IMG/VR virus record: IMGVR_UViG_3300006921_003544
Span: 1 to 62,289 of that record
Strand: one strand, 5' to 3'
DNA from: a virus
Taxonomy: Duplodnaviria > Caudoviricetes
Length of the DNA stretch: 62,289 bases
Shown here one piece after another: positions 59,912-62,289 of this stretch. The translations under genes and the position numbers were made by a program. Under the pieces are notes generated by a model. That model did not search any database. It was not told the origin of the DNA and saw only the letters and a list, made by a program, of their open reading frames with translations. How positions within the stretch are numbered: position 1 is the stretch's first letter; every line of letters begins with the position of its first letter.

Positions 59912-60561
59912 ATTTAGTAACGTTCTTAGCACCGATACGAATTTCGACAGGAGACGCAGACCAAAATTCTGTCAAATATAATTATGGCATAAAAGGTCTT
60001 GAACATACATTGAATAATATTCTAGAAAAATCATCATGGAAAAATATGGTAGATGGATATAAGTTTAATATATCGTTGAAAATAGACGAATGTGATGACT
60101 TAGCAAATGAATGGATATATGATGGATATGAGAAGTATAAGTCTTATGTTATGTATAATATCACTCCAAGAATTCCATCAGCACTCACGGAACCTCCAAG
60201 CAATCTTAGTCGAATGCATTATACACATTGCAATTATTGGTATCAAGATTGCTACGACATCGCACCTGTCAGTAGATATTATTGGATTTGGAATCAATGT
60301 AATGAAATAATGTCAGCTGATTGGGATCAAGTACTTCATGACTATAATGGATTAAGAGATAAAGTACTTTCTGGAACATATCCAACACGTGCTGGTGGAT
60401 GTTTATTTCCGATCGTTCCGAAAGAGCTTGTAGATGAAAATATTAAAGAAGGGTTGACAACTCCTATCGTAGGAACTTCTCCTGCAGATATTTACTGGGA
60501 GCAGAAAGGTTGGTATGGTAGTAGTGTTGATATACAAATAAATGGAGATGTTAAATTATGA
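59908..60561 (+). CDS. Hypothetical protein, possibly a divergent GT-A fold
   Basis: 217-aa ORF in the glycosylation cluster. Confidence 0.5.
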   Translation: MNLVTFLAPIRISTGDADQNSVKYNYGIKGLEHTLNNILEKSSWKNMVDGYKFNISLKIDECDDLANEWIYDGYEKYKSYVMYNITPRIPSALTEPPSNLSRMHYTHCNYWYQDCYDIAPVSRYYWIWNQCNEIMSADWDQVLHDYNGLRDKVLSGTYPTRAGGCLFPIVPKELVDENIKEGLTTPIVGTSPADIYWEQKGWYGSSVDIQINGDVKL

Positions 60562-61355
60562 AATATGTAATAACGGGATCGGAAGGATTCATAGGAAAAG
60601 CTGTACTAGAAGCACTCAAATTGAGAGGTGATTACGTATGGCAGATACATCAGGATAAAAACTTATATAACGACGACACTGCATTGGAAGGCATGATTGA
60701 ACAATGTGATGGTATATTTCATATAGGTGCAATTTCTGATACAACGGAGCATGATCCAAATTATATGCTATACTGGAATTATACAACTAGTAAAATATTA
60801 TTTGATCTAGCTAGGAAATATGATAAAAAAGTTGTATATTCTAGCTCCGCTGCTAATTACGGAAGTGGTGATGGTATACCAAATAATATATACGGATGGT
60901 CGAAATTATTGGCTGAGGAATATGGTATGAAAGCGTGTGAGAGATTTGTAGCATTGAGATATTTTAATGTCTACGGACCAGGAGAAAGTGATAAAGGTAA
61001 GATGGCATCAGTAGCATACCAAGCGCATAAAGCGGGAAAGTTCAAACTATTCCCAGGTGACATTAAACGAGATTTTGTATACGTACCAGATGTAGTACAT
61101 GCTAACCTTCATGCAATGACTCTCGAAAGAGGTGTATTTGATGTAGGAACTGGAACCGCAGAAACGTTTGAATCTTTAGTCGAAGGAATGGAAATATCAT
61201 ACACATATCACGATAAGAATATGATTCCAAAATGGTATCAGTACTTTACAAAGGCAGATCGATCAAAGTTTATGCCAGGATGGAAGCCTTATTGGAATGT
61301 ATTAAAAGGTACTGAAGATTATAGAGAAACGCTCGGTACTATGTGGGAGGGATAA
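60558..61355 (+). CDS. hldD: ADP-L-glycero-D-manno-heptose 6-epimerase-like SDR
   Basis: TGSEGFIG, GAISDT, SSAANYG, YGWSK, LRYFNVYGPGE..KGKMAS. Confidence 0.82.
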   Translation: MKYVITGSEGFIGKAVLEALKLRGDYVWQIHQDKNLYNDDTALEGMIEQCDGIFHIGAISDTTEHDPNYMLYWNYTTSKILFDLARKYDKKVVYSSSAANYGSGDGIPNNIYGWSKLLAEEYGMKACERFVALRYFNVYGPGESDKGKMASVAYQAHKAGKFKLFPGDIKRDFVYVPDVVHANLHAMTLERGVFDVGTGTAETFESLVEGMEISYTYHDKNMIPKWYQYFTKADRSKFMPGWKPYWNVLKGTEDYRETLGTMWEG

Positions 61356-61356
61356 A

Positions 61357-62121
61357 ATGAAGATATTAGTTATAGGAGATAGTTGTATTGATAGATTCGT
61401 GTATTGCGATATAAACAGAATTTGCCCAGAAGCGCCAGTTCCTGTGTTAAATCCTATAAAGGTTATAGAAAATAATGGAATGGCTGGAAATGTAGTAAAA
61501 AATTTAGAATCATTAGGAGCTAAGGTTGATTTAGTTACAAATAAAGAAACTATATTAAAGACAAGATATATTGATGATAAGTCTGGCCAGATGATTATGA
61601 GACTAGATGAAAATGACATATGTAAACCTATACAATCATTAGCAAGTACAGGAAAAGCAATGCCGCATCATATAATGAAGACATCTGACCATGATGCAAT
61701 AATTGTATCAGATTATTGTAAAGGATTTCTTCAAACATATGATATACAACAAATAACAGAAATGGCTAATTGTCCAATATTCTTAGATACAAAAAAGAAG
61801 TTGGGTGATTGGTGTAAAGGTATAGATTTTATTAAAATAAATAAACCTGAATGGCAACTTAATCCAGACTACAGTGAAACAAATGTTATAGTAACAGATG
61901 GTAAAAATGGGGCCACGTATTTAGATACAATATATCCAGTGGATGAAGAAGTCAACGTCTCTGACGTATCAGGAGCAGGTGATACATTTATGGCGGGGCT
62001 AGTATATAAGTATATTTATGGTATAAATGTAATGAAACAGCGTGATATTAGTTTAGCAATTAACTTTGCAAATAAATGTGCAAGTAAAGTAGTACAAGAA
62101 AGAGGAGTAACGACAATATGA
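61357..62121 (+). CDS. Heptose-7-phosphate kinase (HldE N-domain, PfkB family)
   Basis: RICPEAPVPV, GMAGNV, KTR, SDYCKG, DVSGAGDTF. Confidence 0.85.
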   Translation: MKILVIGDSCIDRFVYCDINRICPEAPVPVLNPIKVIENNGMAGNVVKNLESLGAKVDLVTNKETILKTRYIDDKSGQMIMRLDENDICKPIQSLASTGKAMPHHIMKTSDHDAIIVSDYCKGFLQTYDIQQITEMANCPIFLDTKKKLGDWCKGIDFIKINKPEWQLNPDYSETNVIVTDGKNGATYLDTIYPVDEEVNVSDVSGAGDTFMAGLVYKYIYGINVMKQRDISLAINFANKCASKVVQERGVTTI

Positions 62122-62289
62122 TAATTTGGACAAATGGATGTTTTGATGTTATACATAAAGGTCATGTTGAATTATTCAAATATGCAAAAAGTTTAGGTTC
62201 TAAGCTGTATGTAGGAATAGATTCGGATGATAAAGTAAGAAAAGATAAGGGTAGTGGAAGACCTTTTAATAACCAACACGATAGAAGAG
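62118..62289 (+). CDS. Heptose-1-phosphate adenylyltransferase (HldE C-domain); truncated by the window edge
   Basis: Hand translation MIIWTNGCFDVIHKGHVELFKYAKSLGSKLYVGIDSDDKVRKDKGSGRPFN; HxGH motif; ATGA overlap. Confidence 0.85.
   Translation, partial: MIIWTNGCFDVIHKGHVELFKYAKSLGSKLYVGIDSDDKVRKDKGSGRPFNNQHDRR

Overview
This window is a 62-kb, AT-rich, densely coding segment of a large T4-like (contractile-tailed) dsDNA phage genome. Every credible gene is on the + strand. Order of modules: (1) head and tail morphogenesis, 1-23.7 kb: scaffold, gp23-like capsid, PhoH, neck proteins, a tail terminator fused to LamG, sheath, tube, a tail chaperone pair, tape measure, baseplate proteins. (2) Replication, 23.8-34.5 and 40-48.8 kb: a divergent short PolA, gp32, UvsX, RNase H/FEN, gp41, class II RNR, PolB, clamp, GroES/GroEL, clamp loader. 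(3) A 7-deazaguanine DNA-modification operon, 35.1-40.0 kb: folE, queE, queD, hpt, a dUTPase-like gene, a DpdL-like T-fold protein, an NMP kinase and a divergent TGT/DpdA-like barrel, with no queC or queF in view. (4) A glycosylation cluster from 49 kb to the window end: glycosyltransferases, a B12 radical SAM enzyme, NadE, a UDP-sugar dehydrogenase and ADP-heptose enzymes. Best leads: the deazaguanine operon with embedded purine-salvage and nucleotide-pool enzymes; a probable +1 frameshift at GGG-TTT-TTT-T in the tail chaperone; a second, minimal PolA whose steric-gate Glu is replaced by His; two promoter classes; and a recurrent GTT-ATG start context. All functional calls come from motif recognition by eye. 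No database searches were run.
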